Positions 1-13,339 of a stretch of DNA of 64,000 nt are shown here, one piece after another. Position 1 is the first letter of the stretch. Every line of letters starts with the position of its first letter. This DNA comes from Somniosus microcephalus (Eukaryota): the NCBI GenBank assembly GCA_052327205.1, contig CM126216.1, positions 59,706,001 through 59,770,000 on the forward strand, written 5' to 3'. Made by a program: the position numbers and the translations under genes. Below the pieces are notes generated by a model. The model was given only the letters and a program-made list of their open reading frames with translations. It did not search any database and had not been told where the DNA came from.

Positions 1-842
1 TAAACTAAAAGATACTGTTGAATTATCATGTGATGTTATAAAGTAAGATCACCAGTACAGACAGAGTTTTAACTGCAAATATCTGGAACTAATCAGGTAT
101 CTGGCATCTGGTGTCAGCCTGTAGTCTGCCTTTGTAAGGATATTTATGGGTGAGCCACACTCCTCCCAGGGGTTATTGGAAGGGGCTAGGATACTCCCAC
201 TGGCAGTCTGCAGACCCAAACCTGCAAACTGAAACTATAGAGGTGTGACGCCAATTCTTTTACATAGTACGTCAGTGCCACTTCAACATAAACAAATGTG
301 CTCTTAGGTGAGTAATCCTTTGAGAACTGCAGTTGAATTTTTGCACCATGTCCAAAACTAATACAAGATGAAAATTTTCCATTTTCTTCAGATTTTCCTA
401 TGTACAGATGCACAATCCATATGTATATTCTTTGTTCGCTGGGAAAAGAAACATGTTACTCTTTAAAGAAATGAAGGGCCTATTTTTCTAAATTTGCTAA
501 TTTTAGTAAAAACATAGATGAGTAACAAGTGTAATGTCATTAGAACGTGTTAATTAAGTACTCATCTTTATTTAATGGTACTCTGAGAATTCTGACCCCC
601 TCTGAAAATTTATCAACAAACATTAGAATAAAGTGATTGAGAAGAAAGCTGATTTTTGCTTGTAAAAGGTCATTAATGATGAATACAGGCAGCATTCTGC
701 AAATGCACAGTCAAATTGAAAAGCAAGTATTTTACTCCAGGTCAGACCTGGAGTTAGTGAGTTTCTCAAATGGGACGATTTCCAAAGCATCACCACAACT
801 GTGAAAAAGGGAAATAGCGTAGAGAGGTTGTCTTCTAACAAC

Positions 843-1090
843 ATGGGTGTAGCAATCATTAGCAGTATATCACATTGTAACAGGGAAAGAGGATGGCCCA
901 GGAGTGCGGAGGGCATTAGCAGGTGTATGACTTGCAGCAGGGAGTACACCAGGCAGCAGGTGTAAGACTCCAGATTCATCTACCTGAGCATGGCAGAGCA
1001 TGAGGAGGCTCAGACTCACCAGAAAGGTTGGGCCATGAAGACAGTCAGCCATCTGCCATGCAGTACGGGTGATAGTGTGGACCACTAACT
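843..1090 (+). pseudogene. Decayed Harbinger transposase, N-terminal part, interrupted by CR1 insertions
   Basis: Degenerate translation from about 939 (EYTRQQV*..RFIYLSMAE..RRLRLTRKV...HAVRVIV.TT) parallels EYRQQVSYLTMTAAQCVKRLHFRREV...LSVEVKVT of the intact transposase at 40144-41283. It resumes as LNFY..GPF at 5802. Aligned by eye. Confidence 0.55.
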
Positions 1091-1093
1091 ACT

Positions 1094-2060
1094 ATTATAG
1101 AATCATAGAATGATACAGCATGGAAGGAGGCCATTCAGCCCATTGTGCTTGTGCTATCTCTTTGAAAGAGTTATCCAATTAGTCTCACTCCCCTGCTCTT
1201 TCCCCATATCCTTGCATTTTTTTCTCCTTCAAATATTTATCCAATTCCCTTTTGAAGGCTATTATTGAATCTGTATCCACCACACTATCAGGCAGTGCTT
1301 TCTAAATTCTAACCACTTGTTGTGTAAAAAGTTTTTCCTCATGTCACCTCTGGTTCTTTTGCCAAACACCTTAAATCTGTGCCCTCTCATTATTGACCTT
1401 TCTGCCGCTGGAAACAGTTTCTCTTTATTTACTCTATCTAAATCCTTCATGATCTTGAACGCCTCTATCAAATCTCCTCTAAGCCTTCTCTGCTCTAACG
1501 AGACCAACCGCAGCTCCTCCAGTCTATCCATGTAACTACAATCCCTCATCACTGGAACCATTCTAGTAAGTCTCCTCTGCCCCCTCTCTAAGGCTTTGAC
1601 ATCCTTCCTAAAGCGTGGTGCTCAGAATTGGCCACAATACTCCAGCTGGGGCTGAACCAGTGTCTTATAAAGGTTTAGCATAACTTCCTTGCTTTTGTAT
1701 TCTATGCCTCTATTTATAACGCCAAGGATCCCATATATCTTCTCAACTTGTCCTGCCACCTTCAAAGATTTGTGTACATACACCCACCGGTCTCTCTGTT
1801 CCCCTTTTAAAATTGAACCGTTTAGTTTATATTGCCTCTCCTCATTCTTCCTACCAAAATAAATCACTTCACACTTCTCTGCGTTAAATTTCAACTGCCA
1901 TGTGTCTGCCCGTTTCACCAATCTGTCTATGTCATCCTGAAGCCTATTACTATCCTCCTCACTGTTTACTAAATTTCTGAGTTTCATGCCATCTGCAAAC
2001 TTTGAAATTATGCCCTGTATACCCAGGTCCAGGTCATTTATATATATCAAAATATTGGTC
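1094..2060 (-). mobile_element. CR1-clade LINE, 5'-truncated 3' fragment (copy A)
   Basis: ORFs 1622..2062 and 1262..1561 encode the RT C-terminus (IYINDLD..ISKFADG, LEYC.QF, LEQRRLRGDLIE, RGHRFK). The CR1-type 3' UTR ends in a TTCTATGA-like tail near 1095-1110. Confidence 0.93.
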
Positions 2061-2140
2061 ATTGAGTCATAGAGTTATACAGCACAGAAAGCGGCCCTTC
2101 GGCCCATCGTGTCTGCACCGGCCATCAAGCCCTGTCTATT

Positions 2141-4941
2141 CTAATCCCATTTTCCAGCACTTGGTCCATAGCCTTGTAAGCTTTGACATTTCAAGTGCTC
2201 ATCTAAATGCTTCTTGAATGTTGTGAGGGTTCCTGCCACCACCATCCTTTCGGGCAGTGAGTTCCAGATTCCAACCACCCTCTGGGTGAAAAAGTTTTTC
2301 CTCAAATCCCATCTAAACCTCCTGCCCCTTACCTTGAAACTATGCCCCCTGGTTATTGACCCCTCTACTAAGGGGAAAAGTTCCTTTCTATCTACCCTAT
2401 CTATGCCCCTCATAATTTTGTACACCTCAATCAGGTTCCCCCCTCAGCCTTCTCTGCTCGAAGGAAAACAACCCCAGCCTGTCCAGTCTCTCTTCATAGC
2501 TGAAACGCTCCAGCCCAGGTAACATCCTGGTGAATCCCCTCTGCACCCTCTCCAATGCAATCACATCCTTCCTATAGTGTGGTGACCAGAACTGCACATA
2601 ATATTCCAGCTGTGGCCTAACTAACGTTTTGTATAGCTCCATCATAACCTCCCTGCTCTTATATTCTTTGCCTCGGCTAATGAAGGCAAGTATCCCATAT
2701 GCCTTCTTAACCACCTTATCTACCTGTCCTGCTGCCTTCAGGGATCTATGTACATGCACACCAAGATCCCTCTGATCCTTTGTCCTTCCTAGGGTCCTAC
2801 CATTCATTGTGTATTCCCTTGCCTTGTTAGTCCTCCCAAAATGCATCACCTCACACTTTTCAGGGTTAAATTCCATTTGCCACTGTTCTGCCCATCTGAC
2901 CAACCAGTCTATATCGTCCTGTAGCCTGAGGCTTCCCTCCTCACTATTTACCACTCCACCAATTTTCGTGTCATCTGCGAACTTATTGATCATACCTCCT
3001 ACATTCATATCTAAATCATTAATGTACACTACAAACAGCAAGGGACCCAGCACCGATCCCTGCAGTACACCACTGGACACAGGCTTCCAGTCACAAAAAC
3101 AACCTTCAACCATCACCTTCTACCTCCTGCCACTAAGCCAATTTTGGATCCAATGTGCCAAATTACCCTGGATCCCATGGGCTCTTATCTTGACCAGTCT
3201 CCCATGCGGGACTTTGTCAAAAGCCTTACTGAAGTCCATGTAGACTATCAACTGCACGACCCTCAGCCACACACCTAGTCACCCCCTCGAAAAATTCAAT
3301 CAAATTGGTTAGACATGATCTCCCCCTGACAAAGCCATGCTCACTATCCTTGATTAATCGTTGCCTCTTCAAGTGGAGATTAATTCTGTCCCTTGGAATT
3401 TTTTCCAATAATTTCCCTACCACTGATGTTATGCTCACTGGCCTGTAATTCCCTGGTTTATCCCTACTACCCTTCTTGAATAATAATACTACATTAGCTG
3501 TCCTCCAGTCCTCTGGCACCTCCCCTGTGGCCAGAGAGGTTCTGAAAATTTGTGTCAGAGCCCCTGCAATCTCCTCCCTTGCCTCACACAGCAGCCTGGG
3601 ATACATCTCTTCTGGACCTGGGGATTTATCCACTTTTAAGCCCACTAAAACCGCTAGTACCTCCTCCCTCTCAATGCTAATTTGTTCAAGTATATCACAA
3701 TCCCCCTGCCTGAGTTCTATGCCTACGTCGTCCTTCTCCATAGTGAAAACAGATGCAAAATATTCATTTAAAACCTCACCTACATCTTCCGGCTCTACAC
3801 ACAGATTGCCACTTTGGTCCCTAATGGGCCCTACTCTTTCCCTGGTTATCCCCTTGCCCTTAATATAGTTATAAAACACCTTGGGATTTTCCTTTATTTT
3901 GCCCGCCAGTGTTTTTCATGCCCCCTCTTCGCTCTCCTAATTTCTTTTTTAAGTTCCCCCCTGCACTTTCTATACTCCTCTAGGGCTTCCACTGTTTTTA
4001 GTCCTTTGTATCTGCCAAAAGCCTCCCTTTTTTTTCTAACCCATTCTTGTATATCCCTTGACATCCAGGGTTCCCTGGATTTGTTGGTCCCACCCTTGAC
4101 CTTTACAGGAATATGTTGGCACTGTACTCTCTCTATTTCCTTTCTGAATGACTCCCACTGTTCTGATGTGGATTTTCCTACAAGTAGCTGATCCCAATCC
4201 ACTTTGGCCTGATCCTGCCTTATCATATTGAAATCGGCCTTCCCCCAATTTAGAACCTTTATTTCCAGTCCATCTTTGTCCTTTTCCATGACTACCTTAA
4301 ATCTCACTGAATTATGGTCACTGGTCACTTGAAATTCTCTCCTACTGACACTTCTACCACTTGCCCGGCTACATTCCCTAGAATTAGGTCCAGTACTGCC
4401 CCCTCTCCTGTAGGACTTTCTACATGCTGGCTCAAAAAGCTCTCCTGGATGCACTTTAAGAATTCCGCACCCTCTAAGCCTTTCACACTTTAACTATCCC
4501 AGTTAATATCATTACCCTATTATTTCTACACTTCTCTGAGATTTGCCTACATATCTGTTCCTCTATCTTCCCCTGACTGTTTGGGGGCCTATAGTACACT
4601 CCCAGCAAAGTGCTTGCCCCCTTTTTGTTTTTAAGTTCTACCCATATGGCCTCATTAGAGGAACCTGCTAAGATATCATCCCTCCTTACTGCAGTAATTG
4701 ACTCCTTGATTAATATTGCGACACCCCCTCCTCTTTTACACCCACCTCTGTCTCGCCTGAAGATTCTATACCCCGGAATATTGAGCTGCCAGTCCTGCCC
4801 CTCCCTCAACCATGTCTCTGTGATAGCAACAATATCATACTCCCATGTGTTCATCAACACCTTCAATTCATCTGCCTTACTCGCAAGACTCCTTGCATTA
4901 AAATAAATGCCATCCAGCCTTGCCATACTCCCTTGTGCCAT
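2141..4941 (-). pseudogene. CR1 ORF2 (endonuclease-reverse transcriptase), frameshifted
   Basis: NARS..K, YDIVAITETWL, GGGVA and GVYYRPP (APE domain). PGNYRPVS, SCLTNLIEFF, QGSVLGPLLF and FADDTK (RT domain). Split across five frames or ORFs. Confidence 0.93.
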
Positions 4942-5110
4942 TACATATTTGCTCTGCCTTCCAGACTGACTTGTTTTTTCCTCTATATTTGGCTGTGCAT
5001 CACCCCCTACTATAGCTCCACTCCGTATCCCATCCCCCTGCCAAGTTAGTTTAACCCCCCCCCAACAGCATTAGCAAACCTCCCCGCAAGGATGTTGGTC
5101 CCGTTCCGGT

Positions 5111-5659
5111 TCAGGTGCAACCCATCCGACTTGTACAGGTCCCACCTTCCCCAGAAGCAGACCCAGTGATCCAGAAACTAAAGCCCTCCCTCCTGCACCA
5201 ACTCTTTAGCCACGCATTTATCTGCTCTATCCTCCTATTCCTATACTCACTAGCACATGGCACCGGGAGTAATCCAGAGATTACAACCTTTGAAGTCCTG
5301 CTTTTTAATCTGCTACCTAGCTCCCTAAATTCTTGTTGCAGGACCTCATCCCTCTTTCTACCTATGTCGTTGGTACCAACGTGAACCACAACCTTTGACT
5401 GTTCACCCTCCTCCTTCAGAATGCCCTGCAGCCGTTCAGTGACATCCTTGACCCTGGCACTAGGGAGGCAACATGCCATCCTGGAGTCACGCCTGTGGCC
5501 GCAGAAATGCCTGTCTGCACCTCTCACTATTGAGTCTCCTACCACTATTGCCCTTCCACTCTTACTCCTCCCCTCTTGTGCAGCTGAGCCACCCACAGTG
5601 CCGTGAACTTGGCTCTGGCTGCACTCCCCAGAGGAACCATCACTTTCACCGTTTTCCAA
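5111..5659 (-). pseudogene. CR1 ORF1 esterase (SGNH/GDSL-like) domain, partial
   Basis: IVVGDSIVRG, VVVHVGTNDIG and VVISGLLPVP motifs, typical of CR1 ORF1 esterase domains. Lies directly upstream of ORF2. Confidence 0.88.
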
Positions 5660-5800
5660 TACAGAAAAAACGGTTGTTGAGTGAGATGCACTCTGGGGCT
5701 TTCCTGTCTACCTGCCTGCCCCCCTTCTTCTGACTGGTGGTCTCCCATTCCCTCTCTGACTGCACTTTCTTAAGCTGCGGGGTGATCACATCTAAAAACG

Positions 5801-7600
5801 TCTCAACTTTTATGTCATGCGGCCCTTCTGGGAATCCTCAAAAGTTGGCTATGTTGCTTATTTGTGGCTTTTGGATATCTGGCACTTTCTGCACAATGAA
5901 AGAATGACAGACTACAACATATATTAGAAATAAATATTTTATTTAGTGTTTCTGTAATTTTCGTGATTTTCTGCTAGGTTTATCTTTTATGTGGCATGCA
6001 ATTCCCTATAATGGCTTGCGGATGTGCCCTACTATTATGTGATCCTGTAGATGAGGAAGTAGCACTAGTGGATGGCTGCATAGCCAAGTCATGAGTTGCA
6101 TGAGTTACACAAGGCCGGCTACCATCATCTTGAACTAACTATAATGGACCTGCATCAGTGCCAAGGCTATCTTGCACTAACTACAATGGAGTTGTATCAA
6201 AGCCAGGTCTCTCATTTTCTGGAGGCACTGTGGACCAAAGCCATACAAAGGTGGTGTCTACTTTCACTCGTGCAGGGCTACCTGATGACACTGAACTGCT
6301 GCTGACATATGTACTAACTGACTGCTCCTGTGTTACTTCTTGCATGCTGCTGTTGGAGGGTATCTCCTCACAATAACCATTCACCTGACCTGAAAGAATA
6401 AAGAACAGTGAACATCTATGAAGTCTCAGAATTCCTCCTTCAAGGTTGCCTTCAAGCAAGTTAAAGTCAACCATAACTGCATTTTCGAGTGTGGATCCCA
6501 TAGCTTCCATAGCAGCAGTGGGAGTATTTATGAGAGACACTCCTACTGTACATATAGCCTGAGTAACTAAGATATGTACAGCAGATGCCATTGGTGTTGC
6601 CTTACACTCAATGGCAGACAGAAGTGCAGACAACTGTTGTTACAACCTAACCGTACCACCATATATTATGGTGTGTATGGAGGCAAATAACTGTTCAACA
6701 TGGATTTTGTATTGTAACAGGTTCCATTAGAATACTGGTGTACTATTGTCTGCATTCTCTATACCACTGAGGAAGGGCAATCAACCTGCGAAATCACTGC
6801 CCTGTACCAGCTGGCCACATCATCAACACATCCTTTCACCACTCATATTTAGTGCCTTGCCCTGTGCTTCATCCTTAAAACTTTGATCTTCTTCCATTTT
6901 ATGTGTATTTGTGCTGGTGCCTGCTTAAGTTAGGGTGTTGAGAATGGTGCTCAGGTGAGTAATGCTCTTTGCATGTGTCCTTGGTCTGTGAAGAGAGCAG
7001 ATGGGACATTGAGTAGATTAGCACAGTCTACTTGCATATATTTGCCGACAGTAGTTATTTCAGTGTCTATAGATAATATGATGTAACATATACTGCAAAT
7101 CATAGAAAATATTATTAATACGGTACGTCCTAGTAGTTCTGTGCACCCCTCCAATAATTGTAGTCCCAATACCACCCAGACTCTCCCTTCTGAATAAATT
7201 AACACTTAGTTATGTGGTATCAGTATTAGTTCAGTGATAGCACTCTTTCCTCTGAGTCAGAACTTTGTAGGTTCATGCCCCGCCCCAGACACCAACAACA
7301 CTAAAGTAGAATATCTGGTTATTTATTTCATTGCTATTTCTGGGATTTTGCTGCTGCAGATTTGTTACATCATTGCTAATATTCTTTAATGCAGCATTTT
7401 TGTGGGTACTTCCAAGTACTGCTATTTTCCTTCATACCATATCTGTCCTGTGCTGCTGCTTTGCAGTAATACTCATGCCTAACTTCGGTGCCCTTCTTTA
7501 AGTTGCACAGCTTCTTCAAGATCTCCTGTCAGTTTCTCTGAGTTATTCACCACGTTCCATTGCAGAGATTACCAGTGCAAGCAACATTTGGTCAGTAATT
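5801..7600. mobile_element. Continuation of the old Harbinger relic: transposase remnant, bidirectional polyA site and possible decayed minus-strand partner gene
   Basis: CTC AAC TTT TAT (LNFY) at 5802. AATAAA (5929-5934) next to TTTATT (5938-5943), as in the intact element. Weak resemblance of ORF 6181..6633 and of about 7520-7570 to the partner gene. Right boundary uncertain. Confidence 0.35.
7225..7375 (+). mobile_element. Degenerate tRNA-derived Deu-type SINE fragment
   Basis: GTTCAGTGATAGCACTCTTTCCTCTGAGTCAGAA..GGTTCA head and ATCTGGTTATTTATTTCATTGCT..TGGGA body resemble the copy at 33441-33905. Confidence 0.6.
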
Positions 7601-10203
7601 AGCACTTTTCTCAATGATTGTTGAGCCGTTATCCACAAATGTTGTGCAAATATTATGCAATCACAGTTATATTACCAAACTTTTATATCAAGTGGCTTGT
7701 TAGTAGCTTGAGAAACCCTAGAGGATCATTATTGCAGATGCCTTTTATTGATAGCTATTTTTATCGTTACATTTTAAACCTGTGTGCTCCAATAATTTTG
7801 TTAACGGGTTGTAAATTCCGATGAAAAATAAGCCTTTCTCCTGTTCTTCAAAAAAAGAATGGGCTGCTGCATCCTTTGTTTCACCAATTGTCTCCCAGAC
7901 AAAACCATTCAACTATTACATCTAATTGTCAAGCATAGAATAACCAAGCTACAGGAACCCTTCCAAGTTTAGAAAGATTTTCCAAAGAGGTTATCCAATT
8001 CAGGTGCTTCACATTCTTTTAATTGCTCTTTTATAGTTTTGGGGTGTTTGCTATCATCTTCTCTCTCAATGTCCTTTCAGAGGTTCATGTCACAAAGCCT
8101 GTTTTCTAGGATCTGGAAGCTGTACCTTTTCCTTACTCTGTCCTCACAAACTTGCATACAGAGTGCTTAAAGTTACTGCACTTCCAGTAACCTGTTTACT
8201 GGATTGAATATCATCTCATGCCATGATATCAAATTCTCTTTGAAATAACAGATATTACCACACAAACCAGAGGTTATCAGGCTAAAGCAACTAATGTCTC
8301 TGTTTACAAATAAATAGCAATATGAAGCATAAATTTGGCAAATAGTAAAGGTGTAATACATCCAAACACACACACAATGGCTGAATGACCCTTCTAAGAC
8401 TAACCTCTGATTGAATTCAAGAGCCTTTTGCCCCAGAGTGGGTATCCCATATAATGATGATGTGATGCATGCCCTATAACATTGCAATGGAGAAAAGACA
8501 TCAGCCTGCGGGATTGCAATGAGCTGCAGCCTACAGGGAATTAACAGGACAAAGAGGGACTCAAGGCTATAGCTGGTGTGGATGAGGCATTACTGCCAGG
8601 CAGCCAGCAGCAACTTATTGACACATTCTTCAGCTGAGCTTCAACGCTGTCACTGTGGAATTGCCGTGGGGGTATTAATAACTGTCCCTTCTACTTGTCC
8701 TTTGCCACGCCAATGCTGCCTTGCAGTTTACGGGATGGTCTTTCACTTGAGTTTATGAATGCAGGATATATCCCATCAATTGAAGGTATCATTCCTGCAG
8801 GATGGCAATGATCTCATTATCTCCTGCTTGCTAGGAGGAGGCTAGTTATCTTGCTGTCTGTGAGAGTTGCCATGTGCCTATCTATGCTCAGGAAAGAAGT
8901 GTATAAAGGAAGTGCAAATAATGGTGTATTGTAAGTGCTTAAGACAAATGCTTTTAATGTGAGGAACAACCCTTTGCTCACCTTCTGTGGCAGGTACTCC
9001 TTCTTGCAGGTGTTCCTTTAATTCTCTCTGCCTTTAAAGTGCTGCCCAGTGCAAGGGGGTAACTGCAGATACTGCCATACTGGATTAAGAAGGTCTGCTG
9101 CCTCTGTGTCCAAACAACCCAGAAGGGCTGCACCAGTCCCAGGATGGAAAGGATTTGAAGCTGTGTAAGAGTCACTCAGAACTCTGGCTAGCACATTGCA
9201 AGCTGCCCTGAGCAGGTTGTTTCACCATGTTAAAGGCAGATATCTGTTGTTTACCTGATGGGGAAACTCTGAGCCTCGGGCTGACAGCTGCTTGAATGTA
9301 TTATCTGGAAGATGGTTATAAGAACATGTGCTTATGTGTCCAGGGTTTTATGCCTACCATGATTGGGTTGCAAAGAGGCAAACAGCTTCTACTGAAACTC
9401 CTGTGGCTTCAACCATTGGAATCATTATTTGATGGGGTGTGATGTGTGCCCATTCTGTGGTGAGGAGGATGGTGGCAATGCACTCACGCATCTTAAGGTT
9501 AATTGTGCTGTTCACTATGCTGCTCATGAAGGGCTCTGGCACCCGCTGTCTTGTTTTGTCTTGTGAGTGCTCAAACCAATGCTTTTCAGTTGTCTAATGA
9601 TCAACTCGTGACTTTCACCTTGTGAAGCAGAAAGCAGGGTGCCTTTGAGATTGAGGTGGCTACAAGATGACATGTCCAGCAATGCAAATTCATAACCTAG
9701 CAAACCTTCTGTGCCACACTTGGTATTCTGTTCTGCCAGGCAGGCTCATAATACTCCAGGGCTCTGTTGGTGATTCACCAGTTAATCTCACTCACTAATG
9801 GAACCTGAAGTTAGGATTCTGTAATTGGGGCTGGAATTCTTCTCCCTCAGCCTCAGTGAATCCTCCAAACTAATGACTACACAGATAGGGTGGCCTTGGC
9901 TGAACAAGTAGCAGGAAACGTACCAGTGCTCTGTGCTGGTAGGTTGTGTGGATTTAGCTGGTTAAACTCCAGCAGTAGCCCATTGCACATTAGGAATTTC
10001 CTAAGCTTTGACTCTGCCAACCTATACCTAAGCTCCCTGGGCTTGAGTAATTGGGTGTGTCCCTATGAGGAGAGATTGTACACTCCATATCAGGCCAGCA
10101 GAAACTTTATCTGTTTGGATTTATCAGCAGCTTAGTTTGGAGACCCTTAAACATGTGATGGGTTTTCATACATGTCAAAAATAAAGGCATCCTATACTGC
10201 TGT

Positions 10204-10450
10204 GTGTCAGTCATGGCTCAGTGGTAGCACTCCGAGTCAGAAGGTTGTGGGTTCAAGTCCCACTCCAGAGATTTGAGCACAAAAATCTAGGCTAACACTC
10301 CAGTGCAGGGTTAAGGGAGTGCTGCACTGTGGGAGGTGCCGTCTTTCAGATGAGACATTAAACCAAGGCCTGCTCTCTCAAGTGGATGTAAAAGATCCCA
10401 TGGCACTATTTTGAAGAAGAGCAGGGGAGTTATCCCCGGTGTCCTGGCTC
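10204..10450 (+). mobile_element. Deu-domain SINE (SacSINE1/AmnSINE1-like), 5' half
   Basis: Pol III A box TGGCTCAGTGG and B box GGTTCAAGTCC, then the Deu-like core GATGAGACATTAAACC...GTAAAAGATCCCATGGCACT...GAAGAGCAGGGGAGTT. Confidence 0.88.
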
Positions 10451-11435
10451 CGATCTCAATATCTACTTTCTCTGCCATTGGCACACTGTCACTTTGGTAT
10501 TTACTATCTACATCGCAACTATTCTCTACATTGGCAGAAACCAGTGTGAGGTGGGTGACTTTAAATAATAAGCTCAGACTTAATGATGGACTTAGCAGAT
10601 CTTTGCACAGGAGATATGTTCCTCTTGTAGTACTTCAGCGCATGTAATTTATTTTCCTAATGCTTCAGAAACCCCTGATGAAATTAAGAACAAATGTGCT
10701 TAATGTGCAAATGTGTCTTACACAGTCCTGTATAAATATCCAAATTATAGACAGAAGACTGTTTCTGGCATTAGCAGATATTCCTAGAAAACTGGAAATT
10801 GTCAAAGAGAGGAAATTCCTTCCACCACAACTCCCTCCTACCTCTTTAGTGACAGCAGTCTTTTTATATTATATGATGTGCAAATTAATATATATGAATT
10901 GCTAGGCCAGACTTATGCTTTGATCTTCTGCTGAACAAAAATCAGATAGACACTACTTAAATACATTTTACTTAGTACCCTGCATATCCTTCAGAAAGAA
11001 TAGGCCATCATCCAATTAACTTGGTCTGGATTCAACCCCAAGAACCAAAGGGGAAGAAACTGTACTACAACCCACCCATTTCTTCTGGTAGAGTCTTATC
11101 TCAGGAGACACCTCTGCGACTTCACTTAATGACAAGCCTACTCAGTTTACCCACATGACCAAGAAATATAATTCAAACTATTCTTATACAAACCTATAGG
11201 GACATTGCCTAATGGTTTGAACAATCCCATTTAATATGTTTTATTTTCTGTAGCTTAATACATTTCCATTGAACTTCCTTTACAATAAATCTGCTTTTGT
11301 TCTTCAGAGTTATGCTCCTAATATTTTCAGCGTGCACATTGATCCCAGATTAAAGTTATGTGAGCTCTATCTGCTTGACTTCCTCTTTTGAGTGTATTGA
11401 CTAATGCAGGTACAGTATGTAAGGGATATAGACCA

Positions 11436-11530
11436 ACAGTGACTACACTTTAAAATACTTCATTGGCTGTAAAGAGCTTTGGGATTTCCTGAGGTTGTGA
11501 AAGGCGCTATATAAATGCAAGTTCTTTCTT
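11436..11530 (+). mobile_element. 3' tail fragment of the same SINE family
   Basis: ACAGTGACTACACTT...TTCATTGGCTGTAAAG..CTTTGGGA..TCCTGAGGTTGTGAAAGGCGCTATATAAATGCAAG matches the tail at 33810-33905. Confidence 0.8.
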
Positions 11531-11727
11531 TATATCTGCTTTTTCATTGTACCTCTGTTAACAATCCAGAAGATTTACAATGGCATATTGAAGCAATATT
11601 GGCCTCAATGATAGTCCTGTTGTAAGCAGCCAGATTCTTTGAACTCCATTTCATCTTCATCTCTAAGTCTAGGCTGAGGAAAACTCAAGAGTGTAAAATA
11701 CAATTGTCATATATTTGGTTAGACATG

Positions 11728-12545
11728 GTACTTCTCATCTTCAGTGACTTCCATCTCAATTCATCATGCTCTCTCTCCTCTGAGTTCAGTAACCTCCTAT
11801 CCTCCCTTAATCTCTCCCTCCATATAAACTTCCCAACCCATATTCATGGCCACCCCCTTGACCTTGCCCATCTCATGTGGCCTCGCTACTCCCATCGTGT
11901 CAATCACAGATAAGGCCATCTCTGATCACTTCCTTGTATTGCTCGCCACCCACATTCCCCTTCCCCCTCCCAACCCTACTTCCTTCTGTGCCTGCCCCTG
12001 GAAAAAACTCTCTCCCGATTCACTTACAACTGCACTTTCAAAATTCTAGCCTTTGGCCCTCCTTTCACCATGACATTTCTGCAGCTACTGATCTGCTCAA
12101 CCATACCCTCACCTTTGAATCCCTAGGCCCCATTAAAACCATTACTCTCTCTCACCATGGCCATTCCCCCAGTACAGCCCTCATCTCCGCTCCCTTAAGC
12201 CCAAGGGATGCAGACTTGAATGGATATAGCAGACAACTGGTTTAACCATTCACCGCCAGATCTGGCTGGACCACATAAAGCACTATCGGATCCTGGTCTC
12301 ATCTGTCAAAACTGCTCACTATTCCAGGATCATCCTGCAAACGATCTTCTTAAACCCATGACCCTTGTCTCCTCCACCCTCATCTCAACAACAAGTGTAA
12401 GGAGCTCGTGGACTTCTTTGTCATTAAGATTGAAACCATCTGATCAGCTGCCTCTGCTGCTTCCCTCCCTTCCCCTAGCCCACTGGGCCCAACTTCCTCT
12501 AAGTTGCCTCCCTGCCCTAGCCCTGAACATGCATCTTTCTGTAGT
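11728..12545 (+). mobile_element. L2-clade LINE internal fragment (end of endonuclease domain and linker)
   Basis: LLIFSDFHL...LSSLNLSLHINFPTHIHGHPLDL and ISDHFLV motifs (ORFs 11704.., 11846..). C/T-rich composition typical of L2. Confidence 0.85.
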
Positions 12546-13339
12546 TTTAATTTTACACAACTTCCAGGCTAATGATAGAAATTATGTGGCACTTTGCAGC
12601 TATAGTGTGCCCTGGGTTACATATATCCCAGGTACTGGAGACTATTCATTGAAGTATGACTTTTTGCCAGGTTGTCATCAAAATCAAACTACAGGTTGAA
12701 AGAGAAACATAATTTAATATGACTTGAGTAAATAAACCATTTCCTTCTGCTTAATCACTAATCCACATATTGCATTCTTGTACTTTATGATAGTTATGTT
12801 ATTTTTTGGTAAGAAGTAATTCAGATGTACACTGTGTTCTTTTTCATTCAGGATTTGACTATCTTGCATGTTTGACATTAGTTATAAATACTTGTTCAGT
12901 CATTGAAGTTTCATTTTATCTCTCCTCCTCTTACAGAATGGAAAGCTAGATTTAATATTTCTATATTTGGCTAAGGAGCTAGGTAGTAACTTTGTAAAAG
13001 AGTTGTGAATGTGTGGAATAATCAAATAAAAGCATGCACTTTCCAGTTTGATGCTTAGTTTGAATAAGAGAAGAGGGTGTTCCCAATATCCTGGACAACA
13101 TTCCCCTCCCAAGATCAGCACCAAAAACAAGGGAAAAGAGAAATACTTTTCAGTTAAGTGCGGGTAAAGTGCTGCTATTGGGATTAATGTTGACTGAAGC
13201 TGTCTTGCTCATAAGCTCACCTACAGTGGATGTTACCCAACAGCAGCAATGATTATTAATGACTATTATTATTGAAATATGGGATATCTTCTGTGTCACT
13301 CTTTCTGAAGATTCATTCGCTCAGAGAGTTTATCAAAGA

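Larger units (their letters stand above)
2061..5800 (-). mobile_element. CR1-clade LINE, long copy with partial ORF1 and frameshifted ORF2 (copy B)
   Basis: Colinear minus-strand ORFs: SGNH esterase-like ORF1 (5111..5659), APE endonuclease (4483..4941), linker, RT (3226..3879, 2427..3116 with INKFADDTK) and C-terminus (2141..2425). Followed by a 3' UTR with a CTCTATGACTC tail. Confidence 0.96.

Noticed and set aside
2214-5384. Plus-strand ORFs over the CR1 element
   Set aside because: Antisense shadows of CR1 ORF1 and ORF2.
10204-10290. tRNA genes at SINE heads (also 33441, 44119, 55430, 61529)
   Set aside because: The A and B boxes continue directly into SINE body and tail sequence, and no complete cloverleaf is present.
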